Shown piece after piece: positions 1-10,652 of a DNA stretch of 64,000 bases. How positions within the stretch are numbered: position 1 is the stretch's first letter; every line of letters starts with the position of its first letter. Both the position numbers and the translations under genes were made by a program. Below the pieces are notes generated by a model. That model was not told the origin of the DNA, ran no database searches, and was given only the letters and a program-made list of their open reading frames with translations. Source of the stretch: Anaeromyxobacteraceae bacterium (GTDB taxonomy: Bacteria; Myxococcota; Myxococcia; Myxococcales; Anaeromyxobacteraceae); the NCBI GenBank assembly GCA_047602405.1, contig JASGHJ010000002.1, positions 2,144,001 through 2,208,000 of the forward strand. The letters are read 5' to 3'.

Positions 1-120
1 GTCGGCGGCGGTCGGCGCAGCGGCCTGCTGCGGCGCGGCCTTCGGCGGCGCGGCAGGGCTCGAGGGCGCCGCGGCGGGGGCCGCGGCCAGGAGGACGGCG
101 AGTGCGAGGGAGGTCGTCAT
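1..120 (-). CDS. N-terminal fragment of a secreted protein (runs off window)
   Basis: ATG at 120 reads MTTSLALAVLLAAAPAAAPSSPAAPPKAAP...: signal peptide plus Ala/Pro linker. Confidence 0.6.
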   Translation of the reverse strand, partial: MTTSLALAVLLAAAPAAAPSSPAAPPKAAPQQAAAPTAAD

Positions 121-175
121 GGGCCCGGCATCCTAGCCCCGGCCCGGCCCCCCGGCCAGCGTGCGGGCGAGCCTA

Positions 176-2375
176 AGAGCTGTCCCATAAGTCCCGCTTG
201 AGGTTGTGAAGGACGGAGACAGCGGCCACGGTGTCCGCGAGGTAGCGGCCGCGTCGGCGGTGCGGGAAGCATGCGCCGGAGCGAGCGAGGTCGCGCCAGG
301 GGAGGGCCGCGAGGACGAGCAGTCGGTGAGACGAGATGAGGTATGCAGGCACGGCACCCTGGAATCTCGGGCGGTGCCTCGGTTCGCGCGAGGGCTGGGC
401 CTGAACGCCCTGTCAGGGGTTTGGCGTAGCGTGAAGATGTGAAAGTCGAGGCCAAGCGGACCCGCGGTCCGAACCGTCAGGAGCCCTGGGCGCGCCGCCC
501 CGAGGACGGCGTGTCGGTCCTGCGGCTCGCGCTCGACGTCCGCGATCCCCTGCAGCGCAGGCGGCTCGAGCGGATGTTCTCGGACGCGTACCGGGTGCGG
601 CGGGCGCTGCAGCGGGCAGCCCGCAGCCGCGCGCGGGCCTACTGGGCGGCGAGGCACGAACGGGCCCGGGACGGCGCGGGCACGCGCGACCGGCTCGGCC
701 TGAGCCGCGACGCGCTCGAACACGCCGCCTACGCCTGCCTCGACGCGGCGCCTCACCTCCGGCGTTTCGTCACGAAGGCGCTCGCGATGCACCTCGCCGA
801 CTCCGTCTGGTCGGCGGTGGAGCGGCACGTGTTCACCGACGCGACCGGGAAGCGTCAGGGGCTGCTCCACGTCGGGCGGTGGTTGGACTTTCGGAGGCTG
901 CCCGGCCGAGCGCGCTCCCATACGAAGGAACGGAAGTGGGAGACCTTCCGGCTCCACGGCTCGCTCGGCGGTCATCGTGAGGCCGCGTCTTCGGCTCCAA
1001 CCGGGCGCGTCGACTGGTGGGCCTACCAAGGTCCGCTGGTGCTCGTGTTCAGCGGGCTCGCCGACGGCACGCTGGTCCTCCCGGTGCGGCTGCCGTCCGC
1101 TCCCTGCAACCAGACCATCCTCGACTACTACCTCGCCGACCCGAGCCTCTGGCACAAGGTCGATGTCGTCCGTACCCGAGCGCCGCACGCGCCGGGCGGC
1201 TGGCGCTACGAGGCCCACCTGATGGTGCTGAAGGAGCCCTACGTCTCGCCCTCGACGAGGGCACGCCGGGCGGAGGTCGCCCTCGCCGAGGTGGACCGGG
1301 TAGCGGGGGTGGACGTCAACGTGTCGAACCTGACCGTCGCCTCCCAGCTGGCGGGAGGCAATCTTCGGCTCACGCGGATCGAGCGCGACGCGGCCACGAA
1401 GGAGCGGGACCGTGCCCGGGGACGCCGCGAGCGTCGCAGGCAGCGGGCTCTGGAGCGGTCACGCCGCGCCGCGAACCAGGAGCAGTACCGGCTCTCGAAG
1501 CGCCAGGAGAAGCGCGCCCGTCGGCGCGCCGCCGCTGGCCTTTCGCCGGTGGAGGTCATCCCCCAGGGCCCGCGGGTCGCGAGGTCCAACGGCGTGCCGC
1601 TCCAGGCCTACCGGCGCGAACGGCTCACGCACAGTCACCGGAGGCTCCGGGCGGAGGAGGTCGCCGACGCCGCTGCTGCTTCGCAGGCCCGACGGGACCG
1701 TGCCCGGCGGGTGGCCGCGGAGGTCGTCCGCACGCACGGCTACAAGCTCTTCGTCGAGGAAGGCTCCATCTCCGCCTGGGCGCGAAACTGGGGCCGCGGC
1801 GTCGCCGCTTTCACGCCGGGCCTGCTCGTCTCGGCCATCGACCGCGAGGCCCAGGCGGTTGCATCGGTCGCCGAGGTCGCGGGCGGCGTCGTCCGGATCC
1901 CCACCCGCACGACCACGCTCTCCCAGCGCTGCCCCTGCGGCGCCCACGTACCGAAGACGCTCGCCGACCGGGTCCACCGCTGCCCGCACTGTGGCCTCGA
2001 AGGTGACCGCGACGCCGTCTCCGCGGTGCTCTCGAGCTTCGTCGTGCTCGACGGCCCCGGCGAACCCGCTTCGGCGCGCGTCGACTACGCCGCCGCGAAC
2101 CGCGCCCGCCTCGAAGCCCAGCGCCTCCTCACTCCCGATCAGCCTCTCGGGTGGCAAGACACCCGGTCCGAGTCAAACGACCTCTTCGTCCGCGAGGCCA
2201 GTTGCCCCGCGTGGCGGACGTCCACACCGGCCTCGTCGCCGGTGGCTCGGCGAACGCCGGAACGGCCACAGGCCCTACCCGGAATGAGCCTCTCTTACGA
2301 GAGTCCACGTCCGAGCGGGCCCGATGGCGAACCGGCATGCCCCACTCGCCGATTGGCGAATTATGGGACAGCTCT
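176..2375 (+). mobile_element. Non-autonomous TIR-bounded element carrying a TnpB-like nuclease
   Basis: AGAGCTGTCCCATAA (176-190) and TTATGGGACAGCTCT (2361-2375) are perfect 15-bp inverted repeats; TA on both sides (174-175, 2376-2377) reconstructs an empty CTAG site; no transposase inside. Confidence 0.85.
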
Positions 2376-2378
2376 TAG
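439..2378 (+). CDS. TnpB/Cas12-like RuvC and zinc-ribbon RNA-guided nuclease, ~646 aa after correcting a probable 1-bp deletion near 2252
   Basis: RuvC-I VAGVDVNVSNL, Arg-rich helical region, RuvC-II LFVEEGS, zinc finger SQRCPCG...HRCPHCG, RuvC-III DRDAVSA. Span is 1 nt short of a multiple of 3; the alternative frame ends ...LWDSS* at the TAG formed by the element boundary. Confidence 0.8.
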
Positions 2379-2602
2379 TGCGGGTGCCCGCGCCGGTCGT
2401 TCGCGAACAGGCCGGCGAAGTCGCGCGGCTGCTCGTGCACGCGGAACAGGCGGCACTTCTCGCAGGACCAGCTGTCCCAGTCGAGCTTCACGGCCACGTC
2501 GAGGCAACCGTCGTAGTGCAGGCAGTAGAGGTTGCGGTGCCCCTGGACGGTCGTCTCGGAGCGGATCAGCTGGAGGAGTGGAGTGGGGTTCGGTGATTCC
2601 AC
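2375..2602 (-). CDS. Small Cys-rich protein (75 aa), probable metal-binding
   Basis: AGGAG then GTG at 2602; motif HRNLYCLHYDGC...WSCEKC; stop lies at the element boundary. Confidence 0.7.
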   Translation of the reverse strand: MESPNPTPLLQLIRSETTVQGHRNLYCLHYDGCLDVAVKLDWDSWSCEKCRLFRVHEQPRDFAGLFANDRRGHPH

Positions 2603-2863
2603 GAGCTGTCTCCTGGTCGTCGAGGAGTGCAACGGCCACTCGCTCGGACGATTCCCTGCCGGGGTGCGTCGGTGGTGTGCGCGCATGGTGTGTCGCGGCC
2701 CGGTGCGGGGGGAAGCCCCCAGCGGGGCGGCGCGGACGCGGCACCTACATGAGTCCCGTGTTCACGCGACCTTGCCTGGGCTGGGTCATCCTGGCTGTAT
2801 CCTTCTGGGACGCGCCCGGCAGCCCTGTTTGCTCCTCCCGAAGGACGCGGCAAAGGATCACGG

Positions 2864-3298
2864 ATGACGCCCGACCCGACCTGCAGCGCATGCCGGCTCG
2901 CCTCCGGCGCGGAGGTGCCGCCGGGCGGGATCGTGCACCGCGAGGCCGGGCTCCTGCTCCACGCGATCCACGGCCCGAGCCCCCTGCCCGGCTGGCTCGT
3001 GCTCACGAGCGAGGTGCACGTGCGCGCCTGGCCGGACCTCCCGGCGCCGTCGCTCGCGGCGCTCGGGCCGCTCGCCGCCCGCGTGATGCGCGCCCAGCGG
3101 CACGTCCTCGGCGCGGAGCACGTCTACGCGTTCGCGATCGGCGACGTCGTGCGGCACTTCCACCTGCACCTCGTGCCGCGGTACGCGACGACGCCCGATC
3201 GGCTGCGCGGCCGCGGGGCGTTCGACGCCTCCCCCGCCGAGGCGCTCGCGCAGGACCTCCTCGCGGACGCCGCGGCGCGGGTCGCGCGGGCGCTCTGA
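2864..3298 (+). CDS. HIT family hydrolase
   Basis: N-terminal CxxC and histidine triad HFHLHLVPR. Confidence 0.85.
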   Translation: MTPDPTCSACRLASGAEVPPGGIVHREAGLLLHAIHGPSPLPGWLVLTSEVHVRAWPDLPAPSLAALGPLAARVMRAQRHVLGAEHVYAFAIGDVVRHFHLHLVPRYATTPDRLRGRGAFDASPAEALAQDLLADAAARVARAL

Positions 3299-3332
3299 GC
3301 GTTCACGCCCGGCGCGTCGAAGCACCGCGGGC

Positions 3333-4178
3333 TCAGGACGCGAGCAGCTCCGCGAAGCCTTCCCGGAAGCTCGGGTACCTGAGCTCGACGCCGAGCGTCT
3401 TCCGCGTCCACGCGGAGTGGATGCGCCGGTCCGGCCCGGGCGGCGGCGGAGACGACGTGCGGGGCGGCGGGATGCCGAGCCGCGCCGAGACCCACTCCAC
3501 GACCTCGCGCCGCCGCGGCGGCTGGGCGTCGCTCCCGTGGTAGACGGCGCCCGGCGCGCCGCGCTCGAGCGCCGCGAGCACGACCGCGACCGCGTCGTCC
3601 CGGTGGCAGAAGTTCATCCAGGCCTGGTCGCCGGGCCCGAGCGCGTGGCGACCCGCCCGGACGCGGTCGAGGAGCCCGGCGCGGCCCGGGCCGTAGAGCC
3701 CGGAGAGCCGCACCACCGTCGCGCGCAGCCCACCGCCGGCGCCCCCGCGGACGAGCGCCTCGGCCTCGGCGAGCACGGAGCCGGTCGGGCTCGCCGGCGC
3801 GGGCGGGGTCGACTCGTCCACGTCCGAGCCGTCGCGCTGGCCGAAGACGCCGGTCGAGCCCGTGTACACGAGCGCGTGCGCCCGGTGCCGGGCCGCCGCG
3901 ACGAGGAGCGCCCGGTTCGCGTCCACGTAGGCCGCGCGGTAGGCCTCGGCCGTGTCGCCGCCGGCCGACTGGCACGCCACGATCGCGTCCACCGCCGGCA
4001 CGCGGTCCGCCGCGCCCGGGGCGCCGAGGTCGAGCGCGAGCGGCTCCACGCCGAGCGCCGCCAGCTCCGCCGCGCGGGCGGGGTCGCGGCGCACGCCCGT
4101 GACCCGGTCGCCGCGCGCGACCAGCGCCCGGGCGACCGCCGTGCCGAGCCATCCGCAGCCTGCGACGAGGACGTGCAT
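3333..4178 (-). CDS. Atypical SDR / NAD-dependent epimerase-dehydratase (YeeZ-like)
   Basis: VAGCGWLG Rossmann motif, STGVFG, RLSGLYGPGR, CHRDD. Confidence 0.85.
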   Translation of the reverse strand: MHVLVAGCGWLGTAVARALVARGDRVTGVRRDPARAAELAALGVEPLALDLGAPGAADRVPAVDAIVACQSAGGDTAEAYRAAYVDANRALLVAAARHRAHALVYTGSTGVFGQRDGSDVDESTPPAPASPTGSVLAEAEALVRGGAGGGLRATVVRLSGLYGPGRAGLLDRVRAGRHALGPGDQAWMNFCHRDDAVAVVLAALERGAPGAVYHGSDAQPPRRREVVEWVSARLGIPPPRTSSPPPPGPDRRIHSAWTRKTLGVELRYPSFREGFAELLAS

Positions 4179-4232
4179 GTCTCGGTCTCCCGCTTAAGCT
4201 CCTCCCGGACACTTAGCGCCCCCGGAGCCGAC

Positions 4233-5063
4233 ATGCCACGCCTCACCGCCTCCTCCACCCTCACGCTGCGCGGCGGCGTCGAGATCCCGGTCATCGGGCT
4301 CGGCGTCTACCAGTCCCGGCCCGGCGCCGAGACCCGCGAGGCGGTGAAGTCGGCCCTCGGGCTTGGGTACCGGCACGTGGACACGGCCCGCGTCTACGGC
4401 AACGAGCGCGACGTGGCGAAGGGCATCGCCGACTCCGGCGTGCCGCGGGGCGAGGTCTTCGTCACGACGAAGCTCTGGAACTCCGATCACGGCTACGACG
4501 CGGCGCTCGCCGCGTGCGACCAGAGCCTCGCCCGCCTCGGCACCGACCGGCTCGACCTCTACCTCGTGCACTGGCCCGTGGAGCGGCTGCGCCACGACAC
4601 CTGGCGCGCGATGGAGCGGCTCCTCGAGGAGGGGAAGGTGCGGGCGATCGGCGTCTCGAACTACACGGTCCGGCACCTCGAGGAGCTGCTCGCCCGCTGC
4701 AACGTGCCGCCCGCCGTGAACCAGGTCGAGCTCCACCCGTTCCTCGTGCAGCGGGAGCTCAGGGACTTCTGCGCGAGGCACGGCATCGCCGTCGAGGCCT
4801 ACGCGCCGCTCGTGAAGGCGCAGCGGCTCGACCACCCCGTCATCGTCCGCGTCGCGAGGAAGCACGGCCGGACGCCCGCGCAGGTGCTCGTGCGCTGGGG
4901 CCTCGACCACGGGGTCATCACGATCCCGAAGTCGGTGAAGCCGGAGCGGCTCCAGGAGAACCTGGACGTCTTCGGCTTCGCGCTCGACGCGGACGACCTC
5001 GCGGCGCTCGACGCGCTCGACGAGAACTTCCGGACGAGCTGGGATCCGACCGAGGCGCCGTGA
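4233..5063 (+). CDS. Aldo/keto reductase
   Basis: GYRHVDTARVYGNE, LYLVHWP, IGVSNY, NQVELHP, IPKS. Confidence 0.95.
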   Translation: MPRLTASSTLTLRGGVEIPVIGLGVYQSRPGAETREAVKSALGLGYRHVDTARVYGNERDVAKGIADSGVPRGEVFVTTKLWNSDHGYDAALAACDQSLARLGTDRLDLYLVHWPVERLRHDTWRAMERLLEEGKVRAIGVSNYTVRHLEELLARCNVPPAVNQVELHPFLVQRELRDFCARHGIAVEAYAPLVKAQRLDHPVIVRVARKHGRTPAQVLVRWGLDHGVITIPKSVKPERLQENLDVFGFALDADDLAALDALDENFRTSWDPTEAP

Positions 5064-5090
5064 GGGATCGCCCGCGGCGGTCCTTCCTGC

Positions 5091-5144
5091 CCCGTTCGCC
5101 CCGAGCGTAGACACCGCGCAGCGGTGTCGGAGACGAGGGGCGGG
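5091..5144 (+). repeat. GTAG-type REP-like palindromic repeat, copy 1
   Basis: CCCCGAGCGTAG-hairpin-GGAGACGAGGGGCGG; related copies at 25196, 29476, 37780 and 62805. Confidence 0.75.
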
Positions 5145-5156
5145 AAATTCCCGCGC

Positions 5157-6035
5157 GTGCGCCCCGTAGTCCTCATCGTGCGCCGCGCGCTCCTCGCCGC
5201 CCTCCTCGCGCTCACGTCCTGCATGCCGCCGGCGTGGGGCGCGTCGGCGCTGCTCCACCCCACCCGCCGCCCGGCCCCGCCGGCACCGGCGGAGCCGCAC
5301 GAGGACCTCGCGTTCACGGGCGACGGCGGCGTCCCCCTGCGCGGCTGGCGCTTCGCCGCCGCGGCGCCCGCACGCGGCGTGACCGTGGTCTGGCTCCACG
5401 GCATCGGCGACACCCGCGCGTCCGCCGCCTGGCTCGCGCGGGAGCTCACGCCCGCGGGCTTCGACGTGCTCGCCTGGGACGCGCGCGCCCACGGCGAGTC
5501 GGGCGGCGCCGCCTGCACCTATGGTTACCTCGAGCGCCGGGACGTCTCACGCGCACTCGACGCCGCCGGGGTGAAGCGGGCCATCCTGGTCGGCCACTCG
5601 CTCGGCGCCGCGGTGGCGCTGCAGGCCGCGGCCGAGGACCCGCGCGTCGTCGGAGTCGTCGCGGTGTCCGCCTTCTCGGACCTCGCGACCATCGCCCGCG
5701 ACCGCGCACCCTGGTTCGCGAGCGACGCGGAGATCCGGGAGGCGTTCCGGATCGCCGAGCGGGAGGCCGGCCTCGTGGTCGCCGAGACGTCGCCCATCCT
5801 GTCGGCGCCACGCATTCACGCGGCCGTGCTGCTCGTCCACGGCGCCCTCGATCGGGACACCCTTCCAGAGCACTCGCGGCGGATCCTGGCGGCGCTCGCC
5901 GGCCCGAAGGAGCTGAGGCTCCTGCCTGGCGTGGGCCACAACGAGGCCTTCGGCGCGGCGTGGCCCGGCATCCGGAGCTGGCTCGAGGCTCTCGCGCCGG
6001 CCGGCGCGCTCACCGCTCCGTCACGAACGCCATGA
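5157..6035 (+). CDS. Alpha/beta hydrolase, probable lipoprotein (start uncertain)
   Basis: WLHGIG, GHSLG nucleophile elbow, HGALD, GVGHNE; lipobox-like LTSC. Confidence 0.85.
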   Translation: MRPVVLIVRRALLAALLALTSCMPPAWGASALLHPTRRPAPPAPAEPHEDLAFTGDGGVPLRGWRFAAAAPARGVTVVWLHGIGDTRASAAWLARELTPAGFDVLAWDARAHGESGGAACTYGYLERRDVSRALDAAGVKRAILVGHSLGAAVALQAAAEDPRVVGVVAVSAFSDLATIARDRAPWFASDAEIREAFRIAEREAGLVVAETSPILSAPRIHAAVLLVHGALDRDTLPEHSRRILAALAGPKELRLLPGVGHNEAFGAAWPGIRSWLEALAPAGALTAPSRTP

Positions 6036-6823
6036 CCTCGCGCCAGGTCGGGTGCGAGGCGCGCCAGTCGAGGCCGTTGTGCGTGGCGCCGGGCTCCAGC
6101 CAGAGGCGCTTCCGGCCCGGGTAGGCCTCGAAGAGCGCCCGGCCGAGGTCGGCGAAGGTGACCTCGTCCTCCTCGGCGACCACGAAGGCGACCGGCCCGG
6201 GGTACGACGGCAACGCGCGGTCCGTGCGCCAGGTGTCGCGCGCGAGGAAGCCCGGGAGCCAGGGGAAGTGGCGCCGCGCGACCGCGGGCACGCTCGCGAG
6301 CGGGGTCACGAGCACGAGGCCCGCGACGTCCTGCGGCGCGGCGGCTGCCAGCCGCGCGGCCACGGCCGAGCCCAGCGACTCCCCGAGCACGAACACCGGG
6401 CCTGGAGAGGCGCCGCGGGCCGCCGCGAGCGCCGCGCGCGCGGCGTCGAGGATGGCGCCCTCCCCCGGGTCGCCCGGCCGCGGGCCGTAGCCCGGGTACT
6501 CGCAGAGCACGACGTCGAGCGGGAGCGAGGGCGACGCCCGCGCGAACGCCTCGGCGATCAGGATCCGGTCCGCGGCGGAGCCGGCGTTCCCGTGGAAGAC
6601 GAGGAGCGTGCCGCGCGCGCCCGGCGTGGCGCGCCGCCAGCCGGCGAAGGTGCCGCCGGGTGTCCACGGCTCGAGGCCCACGTCCTCCGCCCTCCCGCGA
6701 ACCGCGTCGAGCGGGTAGCGGCTCGGGAAGTAGAGCAACCGGCGCTGGCCGAACCAGAATCGCGAGGGCCGCGGCGACGAGGACGGCGAGCGCGACGAGG
6801 GCGATGCGGAGGAGCGCGGACAC
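6010..6823 (-). CDS. Alpha/beta hydrolase with N-terminal TM anchor (apparent +1 frameshift at ~6757)
   Basis: MSALLRIAL... anchor in one frame; QRRLLYFP, FHGNAG, GESLG, GATHN in another; removing 1 nt at GAATC restores one ORF. Confidence 0.8.
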
Positions 6824-6873
6824 GCCGGGACCCTACCGCCGCCGGCACTGCGGGTCACGATCCGGCCGCGGGC

Positions 6874-7136
6874 TTGCGCAGCACCCCGGCGGCTCGTTAT
6901 GCTCCCCTCCGTGAACGTCGCGCGCACGAGCCTGCGATTTAGCGAGCCCCTGCCCCGTCCCGGGTGCAGGGCGGTTCGCGCGTAGCTCGGCAGCTCCGCA
7001 GCACCGCAGCGCGCTCCTCCGCTCCAGCTCCTCGATCGCTCGGGACCACGGCAGGGGTCGAACCTCGCCCTCCCCGTCCCTTCCCGTCCCGCGCCCGGCC
7101 TCGCCGGCGCCCCGAAGCCATCGAAGGAGCACCGCC
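6874..7136 (+). promoter_or_regulatory. Putative sigma70 promoter, leaderless uORF (6911-6985) and structured leader
   Basis: TTGCGC-18nt-TATGCT; GTG 7 nt after the -10; 6947-6962 can pair locally or with 7041-7057. Confidence 0.45.
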
Positions 7137-8279
7137 GTGAAGATCCTGTCCGAATCCGCCCTCTCCCGCGCGCTCTCGCTGCGCGACCTCACCGACCCAT
7201 CCCAGGGGCCGCACGCCGTCCAGAAGGTCCTCGCCGCGGCCCAGGGCGCGCTCGAGCGCGCCTGGGCGCCCGAGGTCCGCCTCGAGCGGCGGAGCCCCAT
7301 CGTCTCCGTCACCGACAACTACGACGCGCTCCACTACCCGCCCGGCGGCGCCTCGCGCGACGCCCGCTACACGCGCCACGTCTCCGCGGGCACCGTGCTC
7401 CGGACGCAGACGTCTGCCATGATCCCGCCGACGCTGCGCGAGCTCGCCGCGCGCGGCCAGGAGAAGGACGTCCTCCTCGTCTGCCCCGGGCTCGTCTACC
7501 GCCGCGACATTCTCGACCGGCTCCACGTGGGCGAGCCGCACCAGGTGGACCTCTGGCGCATCCGGCGCGACGGGCCTCGGCTCGCGGTGCGCGACCTCGC
7601 CGAGATGATCACCCGGGTCGCGGACGCCGTCGCGCCCGGGCGGCCGGTGCGCGTGCTCCCGACCGACCACCCGTACACGGTCGAGGGGCGGCAGGTGGAC
7701 GTGAAGGTCGCAGGCGGCTGGATCGAGATCGGGGAGTGCGGCCTCGCTCTCCCGGAGCTGCTCCGCGAGAACGGGCTGCCGGAGAGCGCCTCCGGCCTCG
7801 CGATGGGGCTCGGGCTCGACCGGCTCGTGATGATCGCGAAGGGGCTCGACGACATCCGGCTGCTCCGCCACCCGGATCCCCGCATCGCTGCGCAGATGGT
7901 CGACCTCGGGCCGTGGCGCCCGGTCTCGAACCGGCCGCCGGTCCGGCGGGACCTGTCGCTCGCGGTCGCGGGCGACGCCGACGCCGAGGCGCTGGGCGAC
8001 CGTGTCCGCGAGGTGCTCGCCGAGCGCGCGCAGGACGTCGAGGCCGTGGAGGTGCTCTCCGAGACGCCCGGCGAGAAGCTCCCGGAGGCCGCCCGGGCGC
8101 GGCTCGGGCTGCGGGACGGCCAGAAGAACGTGCTGCTCCGGGTCGTGCTCCGCGCGCACGACCGCACGCTCACCGACGACGAGGCGAACCGCCTGCGCGA
8201 CGAGGTCTACGCGGCGCTGCACGAGGGGACCGAGTGGATGTGGGCGGCGGGGCCTGCGGCGCCTGCGCCCGCGGGGTGA
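7137..8279 (+). CDS. srmL: PheS-related class II aaRS-like ligase with C-terminal ferredoxin-fold anticodon-binding domain (SrmL-like)
   Basis: NYDALHYP, VLRTQTSA, PGLVYRRD..DRLH...PHQVD, WIEIGECG, GLGLDRL, RRDLSL...RTLTDDEAN. Confidence 0.75.
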   Translation: MKILSESALSRALSLRDLTDPSQGPHAVQKVLAAAQGALERAWAPEVRLERRSPIVSVTDNYDALHYPPGGASRDARYTRHVSAGTVLRTQTSAMIPPTLRELAARGQEKDVLLVCPGLVYRRDILDRLHVGEPHQVDLWRIRRDGPRLAVRDLAEMITRVADAVAPGRPVRVLPTDHPYTVEGRQVDVKVAGGWIEIGECGLALPELLRENGLPESASGLAMGLGLDRLVMIAKGLDDIRLLRHPDPRIAAQMVDLGPWRPVSNRPPVRRDLSLAVAGDADAEALGDRVREVLAERAQDVEAVEVLSETPGEKLPEAARARLGLRDGQKNVLLRVVLRAHDRTLTDDEANRLRDEVYAALHEGTEWMWAAGPAAPAPAG

Positions 8280-8296
8280 GAGGCGCGGACGCTCCT

Positions 8297-8941
8297 TCAC
8301 CGGGCCTGGAACTTGTCCAGCTCCGCCCGGAGCTCCCGGTACAGCTCCGGCGCCCAGGTGACGCCCGGCACCTCGGGCGCCGGGTGCCGGCGCAGATCGG
8401 TCGGAACGATGACCGCCGTGAACGCCTTCGGCCCCGCCGTGGCGGCGAGCCAGAAGAGCTCCTCGATGGGCCCGTCGCCGATGGCGATGCAGCCGATCGA
8501 GACGGCGTTGCCGTGGATGTAGATGTCACCGCCGAGGCGCTTCCGGCCCTCCTTCGCGGCACGCCGGCGGTCGGCGGCGTTCGGGTAGCCGACGCGCATC
8601 GAGAGGTGGAAGTTGCTGTTCGGGTTGAGCGACTCGATGGCGTGGACGCCCTCCGGCACCTGCAGGTCGCCCTCGCGGAGCTTCGGCCCCGGGCCGCCGC
8701 TCGCGGCGAGGATGGGCCAGGCCCTCACGAGCACCCGCCGCTCCCCGCGCGCGGCCCAGAGCTCGAGCCGCCGCTCGTCCTTCACGCCGAGCAGCCACAG
8801 GCGCGCGGGCTTCTCCGGCACGCCCGCGTCCACGAGCGCGGCACGCATGCGGGCGCCGGCGGTCGCGTCCACCTGCGCGACCACGCCGTCCACGGTGGCG
8901 CCGCCGGAGAGCAGGACGGCGAGCGCGAGGGCCGCGAGCAC
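8297..8941 (-). CDS. L,D-transpeptidase (YkuD/YafK-DpaA-like) family protein
   Basis: GPKLREGDLQVPEG, NPNSNFHLS, IYIHGNAVSIGC. Confidence 0.85.
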   Translation of the reverse strand: MLAALALAVLLSGGATVDGVVAQVDATAGARMRAALVDAGVPEKPARLWLLGVKDERRLELWAARGERRVLVRAWPILAASGGPGPKLREGDLQVPEGVHAIESLNPNSNFHLSMRVGYPNAADRRRAAKEGRKRLGGDIYIHGNAVSIGCIAIGDGPIEELFWLAATAGPKAFTAVIVPTDLRRHPAPEVPGVTWAPELYRELRAELDKFQAR

Positions 8942-8944
8942 CCC

Positions 8945-10585
<1,641 letters not shown>

Positions 10586-10652
10586 AGGGACCCACATCCT
10601 GGCATCGCCCCGCCTCTTGTCACGCACTCGATCGGGCCCGACAATCGCCCGC

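Noticed and set aside
206..442. 78-aa ORF as a TnpA/transposase
   Set aside because: No HUH, serine-recombinase or DDE motif; codon usage is atypical.
2603..2863. Riboswitch or ncRNA in the divergent intergenic region
   Set aside because: No recognisable conserved riboswitch motif by eye; an Rfam scan would be needed.
439..3543. 1034-aa giant Cas12-sized ORF
   Set aside because: Beyond ~2252 it runs through the TIR and over three real genes as low-complexity text; a 1-nt deletion explains the readthrough.
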